Shown piece after piece: positions 34,413 to 35,276 of a DNA stretch of 35,276 nt. A program made the position numbers and the translations under genes. How positions within the stretch are numbered: position 1 is the first letter of the stretch; the number at the start of each line of letters is the position of its first letter. The notes below the pieces were generated by a model. It was given only the letters and a program-made list of their open reading frames with translations. It ran no database searches and was not told the DNA's origin. Origin of the DNA: Jimgerdemannia flammicorona (taxonomy: Eukaryota); contig RBNJ01000255.1 in assembly GCA_003990765.1 (NCBI GenBank), positions 1 to 35,276 on the forward strand, written 5' to 3'.

Positions 34413-35276
34413 TGAATCAGAGGAAGGGTGTCCCAAGGAACCACACCCTAAAGAAAGCTCCTCAGACTATCAAAGCACAAGAAAATCTTATCCAAAAAGA
34501 ACATCAGAAAGTCCACCAAGGACAGACAAGCATAGAAGACAGGATTTGAAAACAATATCAACATTGGCCCCACCTCAGAACTCAAGTTCGGGATATTATC
34601 CAGAGATGTGACATCTGCCAGAAGTACTAAGGAAAGAAGAACTACCAAGCCCCTCTGCAACCAATTCCCCCACCCACTCACATCTTTCAAAGATGGGAAG
34701 TAGATGTAATCAGACCTCTACTAGTTACACTAAGAAGAAACAAATACATCCTTGTATTTGTAGAACATCTGACCAAGTGGCCCGAGGCTTTCCCAATGGA
34801 AATCGCAGATGCCTTAACCATTGTAGGCCTCCTCCATGGACTCATATGTACTCAGATATGGACCTCCAGAAGAACTCATCTCTGACTGAGGCATAGAATT
34901 CATCAACAACATAATCACAAGTTATGCCCAAATTCACAAGATCCACCTCAAAAAAACCACATCATACCACCTCCAGACCAATGGCATGACAGAAAGAATG
35001 AACCAGACCATCAAGAAAGGACTTACCTGAGTCAACCCTATTAATTGGGACCTCTGCTTACCTGAGATCCTATGGGAAATTCGGAACACCCCTGCCACAT
35101 CCACTAAACAAAAGCCATTCGAAATGATGTTTGCCAAGAAAACCAGAACTGCTGACCATGAGAATCTTGGAGACCTCCTCAAGAAGGCAGAACAGTTATG
35201 AAATCAAGCCCAAGGACAGATTATCAAAGCCCAGGAAAGACAAAAGAAGTACTATAACCAAAAACAGAAGGATCAG
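34412..35276 (+). pseudogene. pol: E3 integrase (partial), different frame from RT-RH
   Basis: H..HQG..WP..CDICQ, WEVDVIRPL, EHLTKWPEA, LISD*G, YHLQTNGMTERMNQTI. Confidence 0.93.

Larger units (their letters stand above)
27018..35276 (+). mobile_element. E3: Ty3/gypsy LTR retrotransposon with dUTPase, runs off the right edge
   Basis: 5' LTR, tRNA-Pro PBS, gag, PR, dUTPase, RT, RH, IN in gypsy order. Confidence 0.95.

Noticed and set aside
11301..35182. Many 60-130 aa antisense or alternate-frame ORFs in the track overlapping gag/pol
   Set aside because: Shadow ORFs of the retroelement coding strand with no independent motifs.

Overview
Eukaryotic, probably fungal (inferred), transposon graveyard with no intact host gene. 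All elements are riddled with C>T/G>A transitions. Nesting reconstructed from TSDs and restored reading frames: (1) an intron-containing hAT transposase (minus, ~3567-18113) is split by a 1.2-kb poly(A) retroposon (4411-5605) and by a full-length chromodomain Ty3/gypsy element E1 (6518-16832), whose RNase H is split by another copy of the retroposon (10431-11649); (2) a very decayed Ty1/copia element (minus, ~19143-27017) is split by Ty3/gypsy E2 (20653-26693) and cut by Ty3/gypsy E3 (27018 to window end). Main results from manual translation through stop codons: all three gypsy elements carry a dUTPase (E1 between Gag and protease, E2/E3 between protease and RT) and a neighbouring CPH...CxxC zinc-finger-like module; E1 and E2 also share a homologous extra ORF next to the 3' LTR. 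This suggests an accessory toolkit shared between lineages. Also: E2/E3 integrases sit in separate stop/start-overlapping ORFs; a ~100-bp patch of the E1 5' LTR escaped CpG decay (21 versus 2 CpG); and the 1.2-kb retroposon looks like a 5'UTR+3' tail deletion derivative of a LINE whose 5' end is at 1-1211. No database searches were run.
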